A stretch of 64,000 nt of DNA. Origin: Dehalococcoidia bacterium (GTDB taxonomy: Bacteria; Chloroflexota; Dehalococcoidia; DSTF01; RBG-16-68-14). Under the pieces are notes generated by a model that saw only the letters and a list, made by a program, of their open reading frames with translations, did not search any database and had not been told where the DNA came from. A program made the position numbers and the translations under genes. Numbering within the stretch: position 1 is the first letter of the stretch; every line of letters starts with the position of its first letter. Where the stretch lies: assembly GCA_040882355.1 (NCBI GenBank), contig JBBEBM010000062.1, positions 982 through 64,981 of the forward strand, read 5' to 3'. Shown here one piece after another: positions 47,591 through 55,633 of this stretch.

Positions 47591-48286
47591 CTAAAGGCTC
47601 AGCTTCGCGCTGGTGAGGGCCTCGCGTAGGGCGGCGAGGTTTTCCGCCACCGACGCCACGTCGTTGAAGACGGCGGAGCCGACGACGAGCACGCGCGCGC
47701 CCGCCTCGGCGCACGAGGCGATGTTGCCCGTCTTCACGCCGCCGTCGATCTCGATGTCCGGCGAGAGGCCTCGCTTGTCGAGGAGCGTGCGCAGGCGGCG
47801 CACCTTTGGCAGCGTGCCGGTCAGCAGCGACTGGCCGCCCCAGCCGGGGTTCACGCCCATCACCATGATCTGGTCCGCCTCGCCCAGCACCTCCTCGACT
47901 GCGCTGACCGGCGTGCCCGGGTTGAGGCAGACGCCGGCGCGCCGGTCGAGCGCTTTGATCTGCTGGAGGACGCGGTTGACCTGCTTGCACGCCTCGACGT
48001 GGACGTTGATGATGTCGGCGCCCGCCGCGGCGAACGCCTCGACGTGCCGCTCGGGGCGCTCGACCATCAGGTGCACGTCGAGCGGGAGGCGTGTCGCCTT
48101 GCGTATCGCCTCGACGACGAGCGCGCCGAAGGTGATCGGCGGCACGAAGTGGCCGTCCATCACGTCGAGGTGCAGATAGTCGACGCCCGCCGCCTCGACA
48201 GCGCGCACCTCGTCGGCCAGCCGGCCGAGGTCGGCGGTGAGGAAGGACGGCGCGAGCTTGATGGCGGTCATGGATTGGGCGGCCAT
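47591..48286 (-). CDS. rpe: Ribulose-phosphate 3-epimerase
   Basis: PSFLTADLGRL ... HLDVMDGHFVP ... DGGV. The start may be the second Met at 48271. Confidence 0.85.
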   Translation of the reverse strand: MAAQSMTAIKLAPSFLTADLGRLADEVRAVEAAGVDYLHLDVMDGHFVPPITFGALVVEAIRKATRLPLDVHLMVERPERHVEAFAAAGADIINVHVEACKQVNRVLQQIKALDRRAGVCLNPGTPVSAVEEVLGEADQIMVMGVNPGWGGQSLLTGTLPKVRRLRTLLDKRGLSPDIEIDGGVKTGNIASCAEAGARVLVVGSAVFNDVASVAENLAALREALTSAKLSL

Positions 48287-48289
48287 TCG

Positions 48290-48745
48290 TCACTCGGCCA
48301 GGCCTGCGACGGGTATGACGTTCATCGAGTCGTCATCCACACTCCATGCACCGACCACGGACTCCGTCTGAGCTGGTGTTTGGCAATGCAACTCGACTCG
48401 CCAACGCCCACGCGGATCAAATGTAGCGGTCCACTCTGCTGGTACAAGTGGCGCGGACACCCTTTCCGTTCCTTGCGCGATAGTGTCAACGAACACCACG
48501 TAATCCTCCGGCGACTGGAATTTGAAACATACATAGTGTGCGATGCCCGACCAGTTGGCGTCGAAGATATTGAGTTCAGTGATATCGGTGGTGCGCTGTC
48601 CGACAATCCCAATAGCCTCCTCCTCGGTCAGGTTGGGGCGCACAACTGTCGCAGTTGGCGCCAAAGGCATCTCCGACGATCCTTCGCAACCGAGGAGTGT
48701 CAAGGCTGCGGCGAAGCCGGCACCCAGCAGCATAAGGGCTTTCAT
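48290..48745 (-). CDS. Small lipoprotein (151 aa), function unknown
   Basis: Signal plus lipobox MKALMLLGAGFAAALTLLGCEG. ATG at 48745. The listed 377-aa ORF is an out-of-frame-like upstream extension overlapping argH. Confidence 0.5.
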   Translation of the reverse strand: MKALMLLGAGFAAALTLLGCEGSSEMPLAPTATVVRPNLTEEEAIGIVGQRTTDITELNIFDANWSGIAHYVCFKFQSPEDYVVFVDTIAQGTERVSAPLVPAEWTATFDPRGRWRVELHCQTPAQTESVVGAWSVDDDSMNVIPVAGLAE

Positions 48746-50202
48746 GAGCGGGTCTCGCGAGTGTGGGATGTCGAAGTCCCCAACCTCCGGCGCCACTTTC
48801 GCAGCGCGGCGGCGACGCGGCGGGGGGCGGTGCCGCCCGGCACGTCGCGAGCGCGGAGCGAGGCGTTCAGGTCCAGCTTGAGGACGTCTTTGCCGAAGAG
48901 CGGCGAGCAGCGCGTGAACTCGTCCAGCGTGAGGCGCGAGAACGGCTTGCCTTCCGCTTCCGCGTACTGGACCAGCTTGCCGACGACCTCGTGCGCCTGC
49001 CGGAAGGGCAGCCCCTTGCGTGCGAGGTAATCGGCGTAGTCGGTCGCCAGGGCGTAGTCGGCGACTGCCGCGCGCCGGGCGCGAGCGGCGTCGAACGTGA
49101 GCTCCGGCGCCATCGCCGCGAACACTTGCAGCGTTTCGAGCAGCGTGTCCTCCGCCTCGAAGAAGCCGCGCTTGTCCTCCTGCAGGTCTCGGTTGTAGGA
49201 GAGCGGCAGCGCCTTCAGCATCGCCAGCGCGGTCGTGAGCAGGCCGTCGACGCGGGCCGTGCGCGCGCGGGCCAGCTCCGCGACGTCCGGGTTGCGCTTC
49301 TGCGGCATGATGCTCGATCCCGTCGCGAAGGCGTCCGGCAGCCGCACGAAGCCGAACTCGGCGCTCGACCAGAGCACGAGCTCCTCGGCGAGGCGCGAAA
49401 CGTGCGTCATGCAGAGCGCGCACGCGGCGATGAAGTCGACGACGAAGTCACGGTCGGACACGGCATCGAGGCTGTTCTCGCTGACGCGGGCGAAGCCCAG
49501 CTCGCGCGCGACCGACTCCCTGTCGATCGGGTAAGGCACGCCCGCGAGGGCGCCGCTGCCGAGCGGCATCACGTCGGCGCGCCGGCGAGCGTCGCCGAAG
49601 CGCTCGATGTCGCGTTCGAGCATCTCGAGGTAGGCAAGCAGGTGGTGCGCCAGCAGCACCGGCTGCGCCCGCTGCAGGTGCGTGTAGCCGGGCATGACGA
49701 CGCGCCGGTTCGCTTCGGCGAGCGAGAGCAGCGCCCGCTGGAGGGCGCGGACCGACTCGATGGCCCGATCGCAGGCGCGCTTCGCGTACAGACGGAGGTC
49801 GGTCGCGACCTGGTCGTTGCGCGAGCGCGCCGTATGGAGCCGGCCCGCGGCGTCGCCGATCTTGTCGCGCAGGCGCGCCTCGACGTTGGTGTGGATGTCC
49901 TCCAGCTCGTCGCGCCAGCGGAAGCGCCCGGCGTCGATCTCCTTCTCGATCTCCTGCAGGCCGCGCACGATGGCGCTCGCGTCGGCCCGCGCGATGATCC
50001 GCTGGCGGCCGAGCATGCGCGCGTGGGCGATCGAAGCGGCGATCTCTTCGCGCCAGAGGCGGCGGTCGATGGGCAACGAGAGCGTGTAGGCGTCGACGAG
50101 CGGGTGAGTGCTATCGCGGAAGCGGCCGCCCCAGGTCTTGCCCGACGCAGCGCGCCCGGCCGGGGCGGGACGGCGCGATGGGCGCGGCTTCTGGCTCGCC
50201 AT
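48742..50202 (-). CDS. argH: Argininosuccinate lyase
   Basis: Fumarate-lyase signature GSSIMPQKRNPD. WGGRF N-terminus. 486 aa. Confidence 0.9.
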   Translation of the reverse strand: MASQKPRPSRRPAPAGRAASGKTWGGRFRDSTHPLVDAYTLSLPIDRRLWREEIAASIAHARMLGRQRIIARADASAIVRGLQEIEKEIDAGRFRWRDELEDIHTNVEARLRDKIGDAAGRLHTARSRNDQVATDLRLYAKRACDRAIESVRALQRALLSLAEANRRVVMPGYTHLQRAQPVLLAHHLLAYLEMLERDIERFGDARRRADVMPLGSGALAGVPYPIDRESVARELGFARVSENSLDAVSDRDFVVDFIAACALCMTHVSRLAEELVLWSSAEFGFVRLPDAFATGSSIMPQKRNPDVAELARARTARVDGLLTTALAMLKALPLSYNRDLQEDKRGFFEAEDTLLETLQVFAAMAPELTFDAARARRAAVADYALATDYADYLARKGLPFRQAHEVVGKLVQYAEAEGKPFSRLTLDEFTRCSPLFGKDVLKLDLNASLRARDVPGGTAPRRVAAALRKWRRRLGTSTSHTRETRS

Positions 50203-50205
50203 CGA

Positions 50206-50955
50206 TCAGTCGGGACGGAAGCAGGGGAGGTCCGGGATCTCGCGCAGTTCGTCGATGATGAAGTCGGGCTTTATGCCGTCGACCTCTTCCTTCGTCTTGG
50301 GCAGGCGGCGCCAGACCGCAGTCATGCCCAGGGCCTGCGCCCCGCCGACGTCCGCCTTCAGCGAGTCGCCCACCATCACGACCTCCTGCGGTTCGATGGC
50401 GAGGGCGTCGAGGGCGTGCTCGAAGATCTCGGCGCGCGGCTTCATGTAGCCGAGGTCGCACGAGATAGAGATGACTTCGAAGTAGTCGGCGAGGCCCAGC
50501 TCGTCGACCTCCTCGAGGAAGCGCGGGCCGCCGAAGGTGCGGTTCGTGACCGAGCCGAGCCGGTAGCCGCGCTGCTGGAGCGTTTCCAGCATGTGTAGCG
50601 CATCGTGGAAGAGGCGGCGGTTGAGGAAGGCCCCACCCAGGTTCCAGGCGTCCCAGAGCTGATCGGCCTGCTCCTGCGAGATGGTCAGCCCCTTCGCCGC
50701 CGCGACATCGCGGGCGATGCCGGGGCAGTCCGGCTCGACGAAGTCGCCTTCGTAAGCCTGCTTGACGGCCTCCGTAACCGTGAGGCGGATGTCTCGGCCC
50801 AGGAAGCGCAGCTCGCCCTCCGGCTCGACGTCCCAGGAGCGGAGGAGGGCGTAGATGCGGCGCATCGTCTCGCCGCGGATCTCGTCGGCGGGCGGCATCT
50901 CGGGGAAGTGCCAGAGCGTGTCGCCGAGATCGAAGAGCACAGCACGAACAGCCAT
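50206..50955 (-). CDS. HAD-superfamily hydrolase (subfamily IA)
   Basis: Motif I FDLGDTL, motif II SVTN, motif III/IV K ... GDSLKADVGGA. Confidence 0.75.
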   Translation of the reverse strand: MAVRAVLFDLGDTLWHFPEMPPADEIRGETMRRIYALLRSWDVEPEGELRFLGRDIRLTVTEAVKQAYEGDFVEPDCPGIARDVAAAKGLTISQEQADQLWDAWNLGGAFLNRRLFHDALHMLETLQQRGYRLGSVTNRTFGGPRFLEEVDELGLADYFEVISISCDLGYMKPRAEIFEHALDALAIEPQEVVMVGDSLKADVGGAQALGMTAVWRRLPKTKEEVDGIKPDFIIDELREIPDLPCFRPD

Positions 50956-51001
50956 CGTGCCTCATCCTACCGAACGAACGAGCGAGGGGCTAGTGTGGTC
51001 G

Positions 51002-51676
51002 CTACCGCCGCAGTCTGCGGAGGATCACAAGCGCCATGGAGGCGGTGGCGAAGACAAACAAAGGAAAGGCCGCCACGTACGCGTCTGGGGCTCCTACCTG
51101 CGCGCCTGAGCCTGTCTCCGGCAACGTAAGTTCTGGTGCTGCCGTGGCCATTGGGGTCGAGACGTCCGTCGCCACCACCGTTGCGCCTCCCGCGATGGTG
51201 GCACTTGGGGTGGCTGTCGCGACTGAAGGCGGACAGAGACCGAACATGACGAACGTGCCCGGGGGACCATCAGTTGAGCCGCTGAGCGCCGTCACGACGA
51301 TCTCGACGTTCGGGCCAGGCGTTGGACAGCCTGGCCGGAAGTCGTCCGGTATCTGGAGCTGCTCCGTGTCAGGTCCGACCTGGAAGCTACGGGGGGTCGC
51401 GCCGAACGTCACGTCGATGCGGTAGCCGTCCTCGCCCGTGGAATTGTCCTGCCATGTGACGACGTTTGTTGGCTCCGAGTAGGACACCGGATCCGGCGCC
51501 TGAAGATCGACCGTTCCCGCGAATGCCTGCGATCCTCCACCGAGGCTCAGGACCACCACAACGGCGGCAAGCGCCACGACGGCAGGCCATACACTCCACA
51601 AGGAGGCAACGACAAAATAGGCAGCATATGCCCACCAATAGTAGCCGCCTGCTGTCGCAGGCCTTACTTCAGCCAC
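51002..51676 (-). CDS. Cell-surface protein with C-terminal LPXTG-type sorting signal (LPETG + hydrophobic + RRLRR) and Fn3-like domain
   Basis: C-terminus ...APELTLPETGSGAQVGAPDAYVAAFPLFVFATASMALVILRRLRR*. N-terminal hydrophobic signal/anchor. Central VTWQDNSTGEDGYRIDV segment is Fn3-like. Confidence 0.6.
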   Translation of the reverse strand: MAEVRPATAGGYYWWAYAAYFVVASLWSVWPAVVALAAVVVVLSLGGGSQAFAGTVDLQAPDPVSYSEPTNVVTWQDNSTGEDGYRIDVTFGATPRSFQVGPDTEQLQIPDDFRPGCPTPGPNVEIVVTALSGSTDGPPGTFVMFGLCPPSVATATPSATIAGGATVVATDVSTPMATAAPELTLPETGSGAQVGAPDAYVAAFPLFVFATASMALVILRRLRR

Positions 51677-51682
51677 ACTGCT

Positions 51683-52243
51683 TCAAACCGCATCAGCTGG
51701 CGGCTCCCAGTCCACCGTGTCCATCGCCTCCTGGCCAGCAGCCGCTAGAGCCGGCAGATCGCTGGCCTTCAGGCCGAGCGCTCGGAGCAGCTTCCTTCCT
51801 TCAGCCTCGGCTACCTTCCGCTGCTTTTCCGAGACAGCAAACAGTTCGCGAACCCTCCCAGTCGCCGGCGTCAGGCCGCGCGACAACGCCACGAAAGCGT
51901 CATGCGTCGCCTCAATCCATACCGAATAGTCTTGGTATACCAACATCCACGCGGCGTAGTCTGGCCCCGCTACGTCCGGTACGGGGGAGACAAGCGCGTG
52001 GCGTCGGATGCACTCCTTCGCGCAGAGGGCGAGCCGCAGCGACGCGTCCAGCAGTACCTGCACCGACTCCGGTCGGTCTAGGTTGTTCATGTGGATCATG
52101 AGGGCGCTGTTGTAGCGGTCTGCCTCACGCGTCTGGAGAGCGCTGATCGCAGTGCTGTTCCGGAAGTAGGCCAGTCCCAGCTCTCGCTCCTCCTCAGAGA
52201 TCCTCGGGGTTCCGATAACCAGTTTCGCAATCGCCTTAAACAA
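51683..52243 (-). CDS. Hypothetical protein (186 aa)
   Basis: Long ORF in a locally lower-GC stretch. No family recognised. Confidence 0.4.
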   Translation of the reverse strand: MFKAIAKLVIGTPRISEEERELGLAYFRNSTAISALQTREADRYNSALMIHMNNLDRPESVQVLLDASLRLALCAKECIRRHALVSPVPDVAGPDYAAWMLVYQDYSVWIEATHDAFVALSRGLTPATGRVRELFAVSEKQRKVAEAEGRKLLRALGLKASDLPALAAAGQEAMDTVDWEPPADAV

Positions 52244-52423
52244 TCGTCACCCCTTACTGCCTACATAGTTACTTCCAGAGCCGCCGCCAGACGCCCGCCC
52301 TGCCTAGCGTCCGCCCCACCAGCTTGTTCTTGGCACGACGGGCGATCTTCTTCGGGTCGCCAGAGGCTACGGCCTTGGTGTCAGCGGATAGGCGGGCGAG
52401 CCGGTAGAGCCAATTGGTGATGC

Positions 52424-52756
52424 TCATTCGTCGTCAACCGCCAAGTTCCAGGCGGTTAGGCGTGTATTCCACTCCAAGTCGATGAGGAGGCGGAGTAGGT
52501 CTGCGAAGGCAAGCAGGAAGACCCCAACGATGAGCGAGCCCAAGCTACCAAGGGCGAATATCGCGATCCCCGCGGCTACCGATGCTCCGCCGTCATCCCC
52601 AGATGCCATCGCGGCCAGCCCGCCGCCCACCGAGACGAAGATACCACCGACTATCACGGCCCATCCCAGAATCCTGTAGATGAACGAGGCGCTGTCTAGC
52701 GAGCCATACCTGGACCTAAGAACGTTCTCGTCTGGGCCCCCTTCTCTCTTAGCCAT
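52424..52756 (-). CDS. Small membrane protein (110 aa, 2 TM)
   Basis: Two Gly/Ala-rich TM segments. No family recognised. Confidence 0.4.
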   Translation of the reverse strand: MAKREGGPDENVLRSRYGSLDSASFIYRILGWAVIVGGIFVSVGGGLAAMASGDDGGASVAAGIAIFALGSLGSLIVGVFLLAFADLLRLLIDLEWNTRLTAWNLAVDDE

Positions 52757-53370
52757 TGCTCTCTTGCGGTAATGTCGCGGTACTCGCAGGCCGAAGCGTC
52801 ATACGCCGTATGCGGCGGTGAAGAGCAAGCTAGAACGAGGATGAGTGAGAATACGCGCGCAAAACATGGGCCGCTCCCCCTTTCCGACCAGATTTCTGGC
52901 TCCAATTCTACTCCTCTTGCCGGAAAAGTCAACAGAGAGGGGCCCCCGACCACCTCCGTGCCAGCCGCCCCTTCGCGCTCTCCCGCCCCGGCCTTACCCT
53001 AGCCCTCGATAACCCTGCGCAGGCATGTCCCGCAGGTGGGCCCGGCGCGCAGATTCGAATCGAGGAGGAGATCAGCCATGTCCCGCCGGAAAAACACGAT
53101 TTGCCGAGCCAACTGCCAGCTTCCGCACCAGAGGGCGCTCCGGAGCGCCGCCGCGGAGGTGGCCCCGCTACGCCGGGATCAATCAAACGACACGTTCAGA
53201 TTCACCGCTCGGAGGACGCCGCCTCGGGTAGCTTCGGAGGCCGTCCCGTGAGAAAAGCGTTTTTGCAAAACGGACTGGTCAATCAAACGTCGAATGGGCC
53301 TGCCCTGTCGCAGACTCGCCTGGGCGAGAGCGAAGTCGAAGGGTCGCCTGGGGCTAGTAGGGAGCGCAGA

Positions 53371-53400
53371 TTGGCGCGAAACGGGCGTCCGTACTAGAAT
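53371..53400 (+). promoter_or_regulatory. Sigma-70-type promoter candidate (-35 TTGGCG, 18-nt spacer, -10 TAGAAT) placing the TSS at or next to the GTG of the following gene (leaderless)
   Basis: Read from sequence. The -10 ends 6 nt before GTG at 53407. Confidence 0.35.
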
Positions 53401-53406
53401 CGACGT

Positions 53407-54201
53407 GTGACGACGAAGACCGTCTCCCTGGCCGAGGCCGCCGCGCGCTATCTGGAGTCGCTCTCTCCTGACGAGCTGGAGGTGCGTCGCGCGGAGGTGC
53501 AGCGCTTCGCCCGCTGGTCCGGGGCCGACCGCCCGGCCGACCAGCTCCGGGGGCAACAGGTGGCAAACTATGCAGAGACGCTCCCTGGAAGCGTCGCTGA
53601 CTCATCCGTCCGGGCGGAGACCGTGCGCGCATTCCTTGCGTTCGCCAAGAAGGCCGGCTTCACGTCGACGAATCTGGGCACGCACCTCCGCGTCCGCAAG
53701 ACCAGCACGAAGGCCTCCAGGAGCGGCAAGGTCCAGCAAGAAGTAGAGTTGAGCGTGGCGGAGCACTCCGCGCTCGCCGACGAGCTGGCGGCGCTTAAGG
53801 CCCAGCGCCCCAAGATCCTCCAGGACATCCAACGAGCGCTCTCTGACCGGGACCTGCGCGAGAACGCGCCGCTGGATGCGGCCCGCCAGCAACAGTCCTT
53901 TATGGAGAGCCGAATCCGAACCATCGAGGCCACGCTGGGGCGCGCGGTCATCGTCACGGACGAGGCCCCGACGGGCGAAAAGGTGGCGATCGGCAGCACG
54001 GTCCTGCTGCGCAACCTCTCGACCGGCTCCGAGCTGCGCTACACGCTGGTCCGGCCGGGCGAAGTGAACGCCGGCCAGGGGCGCATCTCCTATGAGTCGC
54101 CCGTCGGACAGGCGCTCCTCCAGCGCCGCAGCGGCGACGAGGTCCAGGTCAAAGCCCCTTCCGGTACGCACCGGTTCCGCGTGGAGCAGGTGGAGGCGTA
54201 G
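53407..54201 (+). CDS. GreA/GreB-family transcript-cleavage-factor homolog with about 130-aa N-terminal extension
   Basis: The C-terminal half has a Gre coiled-coil plus FKBP-like domain (IRTIEATLGRAVIV ... GSTVLLRNLSTGSELRYTLV ... ISYESPVGQALLQRRSGDEVQV). The N-terminal 130 aa has no recognised domain. GTG start. Confidence 0.7.
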   Translation: MTTKTVSLAEAAARYLESLSPDELEVRRAEVQRFARWSGADRPADQLRGQQVANYAETLPGSVADSSVRAETVRAFLAFAKKAGFTSTNLGTHLRVRKTSTKASRSGKVQQEVELSVAEHSALADELAALKAQRPKILQDIQRALSDRDLRENAPLDAARQQQSFMESRIRTIEATLGRAVIVTDEAPTGEKVAIGSTVLLRNLSTGSELRYTLVRPGEVNAGQGRISYESPVGQALLQRRSGDEVQVKAPSGTHRFRVEQVEA

Positions 54202-54394
54202 GCGAAGAGCAGAGTTCTTTTTCCCACCCGCCCGCCGCCCGCCTCCAGCCCCCAGCCTCCAGCGTCCCGGCTCCCGCTTCCTGCGCCCGTAACGTAGGTG
54301 TTCTCCCTCAAGCTTTTCGGGGAACGACCGAAAGATTCCCTAGCGCGTCTCCTGTATCGTCAGCGCATAGGTTTCGAGCATAGGGAGGTGCCAG

Positions 54395-54664
54395 ATGCAC
54401 GTCGTTGGGGATGTGAAGTGCTACCACTGCGGGCACATCAGCGGCCAGGTTGAGGGTAGCCGCACCGAGCGTCTGGTGCTGCACGCCTTCAAGCCACGCC
54501 CCGGCTATCAGGGCGAAGTGCCCGGCCCGGGCCAGCGTCTGCGCTGCGAGCGCTGCCAGGGGCCCGTCTACCTGGAAGACCTCCATCCGGCGCCGCCTCA
54601 GCAGGAGCCGATCATGCTGCCGACGAAGAAGCGCGCGCGCAGCTCTCGATCGCAGGCGGCCTGA
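54395..54664 (+). CDS. Small zinc-ribbon protein (CxxC...CxxC), 89 aa
   Basis: GGAGG 7 nt before ATG. Cysteine pairs CYHCGH ... CERCQG. Followed by a hairpin plus T-tract. Confidence 0.5.
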   Translation: MHVVGDVKCYHCGHISGQVEGSRTERLVLHAFKPRPGYQGEVPGPGQRLRCERCQGPVYLEDLHPAPPQQEPIMLPTKKRARSSRSQAA

Positions 54665-54691
54665 CCTTCGCAACCGGCGTGAGCCTGCGCG

Positions 54692-54725
54692 GGCCCGTCG
54701 ACCGACGGGCCGGAACTGTCGTTTT
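54692..54725 (+). terminator. Intrinsic-terminator-like hairpin (GGCCCGTCG..CGACGGGCC) followed by GTTTTGGG
   Basis: Read from sequence. Sits 28 nt after the zinc-ribbon gene stop. Confidence 0.4.
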
Positions 54726-54735
54726 GGGTCCTTCC

Positions 54736-54763
54736 TTGACTCTAGCTTCCGAAGTGCTAGATT
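54736..54763 (+). promoter_or_regulatory. Promoter candidate for the cta operon (-35 TTGACT, 16-nt spacer, -10 TAGATT)
   Basis: Read from sequence, about 90 nt upstream of the ctaC ATG. Confidence 0.4.
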
Positions 54764-54853
54764 GTGACCTGGAGAACAAGGAGGGAGGGAACACGCGCTT
54801 TGCAGAAGGCGCGCCCGACGGCAAACTCGCTCGTGGGAACCCGAACCGGTAGC

Positions 54854-55630
54854 ATGCGACGCCTGCTGGGAGCGGCTCTGCTCCTGGGGATCGTGGCGCT
54901 CCTCTCGGGCTGCGATGCCTTCGGCGGCCCCCAGAACACCTTTGCACCTGGTGGCGACGTGGCGGAGAAGCAAAGAAACCTGTTTCTCCTCGTGGCGGTA
55001 CTTGGCGCCATCATCGGTCTGGCCGTCTTTGCGGTGCTGCTCTACACCATGGTCCACTTCCGCCAGCGCAGTCCCGATGACCCGCCTCCGAAGCAGGTCC
55101 ACGGCAACCAGCGGGCCGAGCTGATCTGGACGATCCTCCCGGCGATCCTGATGATCGGGCTCGCCTTTCCCACTGTGGAAGGCATCATCGATCTGGGACG
55201 CGACCCTAAAGATGACGCCTTGAAAGTTGACGTAACGGCGTTGCGCTTCGCCTGGCAGTTCGAATACGCGGACTACCTAAAGGACGATGGCACGCCGCTC
55301 AAGGTCGATGCTGAGCTGCACATCCCGGTCGATCAGGAGATCTCCGTGACGCTCCACTCGGTGGACGTGATCCACAGCTTCGCGGTACCGAAGCTCGCGG
55401 GCCACCTGGACGTTGTGCCGAACCGCTCGAACAGGATGTGGTTCAACGCGACCGCTCTGGGCACGTATTCCGGACAATGCATGGAGTTCTGCGGCATCGA
55501 TCACGCCAATATGAAGTTCCAGGTGATCGCCCAGACCCCAGAGGATTTCGACGCTTGGATCCAAGAGCAGCTCGACGCGGCGAACGCCGGAGCGCCGCCG
55601 GCGCCACCCGAACAGCCCGCAGGAGAATGA
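54854..55630 (+). CDS. ctaC: Cytochrome c oxidase subunit II (CuA; no fused cytochrome c domain)
   Basis: Lipoprotein-like signal (LLSGCDA), 2 TM, CuA ligands H ... CMEFCGIDHANM. ATG at 54854. Confidence 0.9.
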   Translation: MRRLLGAALLLGIVALLSGCDAFGGPQNTFAPGGDVAEKQRNLFLLVAVLGAIIGLAVFAVLLYTMVHFRQRSPDDPPPKQVHGNQRAELIWTILPAILMIGLAFPTVEGIIDLGRDPKDDALKVDVTALRFAWQFEYADYLKDDGTPLKVDAELHIPVDQEISVTLHSVDVIHSFAVPKLAGHLDVVPNRSNRMWFNATALGTYSGQCMEFCGIDHANMKFQVIAQTPEDFDAWIQEQLDAANAGAPPAPPEQPAGE

Positions 55631-55633
55631 GCC

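Noticed and set aside
52268-52427. 55-codon minus-strand ORF ([14 protein letters not shown]...) whose ATG overlaps the stop of the upstream membrane-protein gene (ATGA)
   Set aside because: It has a good-looking N-terminus and coupling, but the remaining 40 residues are low-complexity ([22 protein letters not shown]). It is not called, but could be rechecked against small-protein databases.
53040-53075. TTCGAATC T-loop-like motif (possible tRNA)
   Set aside because: Flanking bases cannot form a T-stem (GCAGA vs CGAGG). No acceptor or anticodon arms are discernible.
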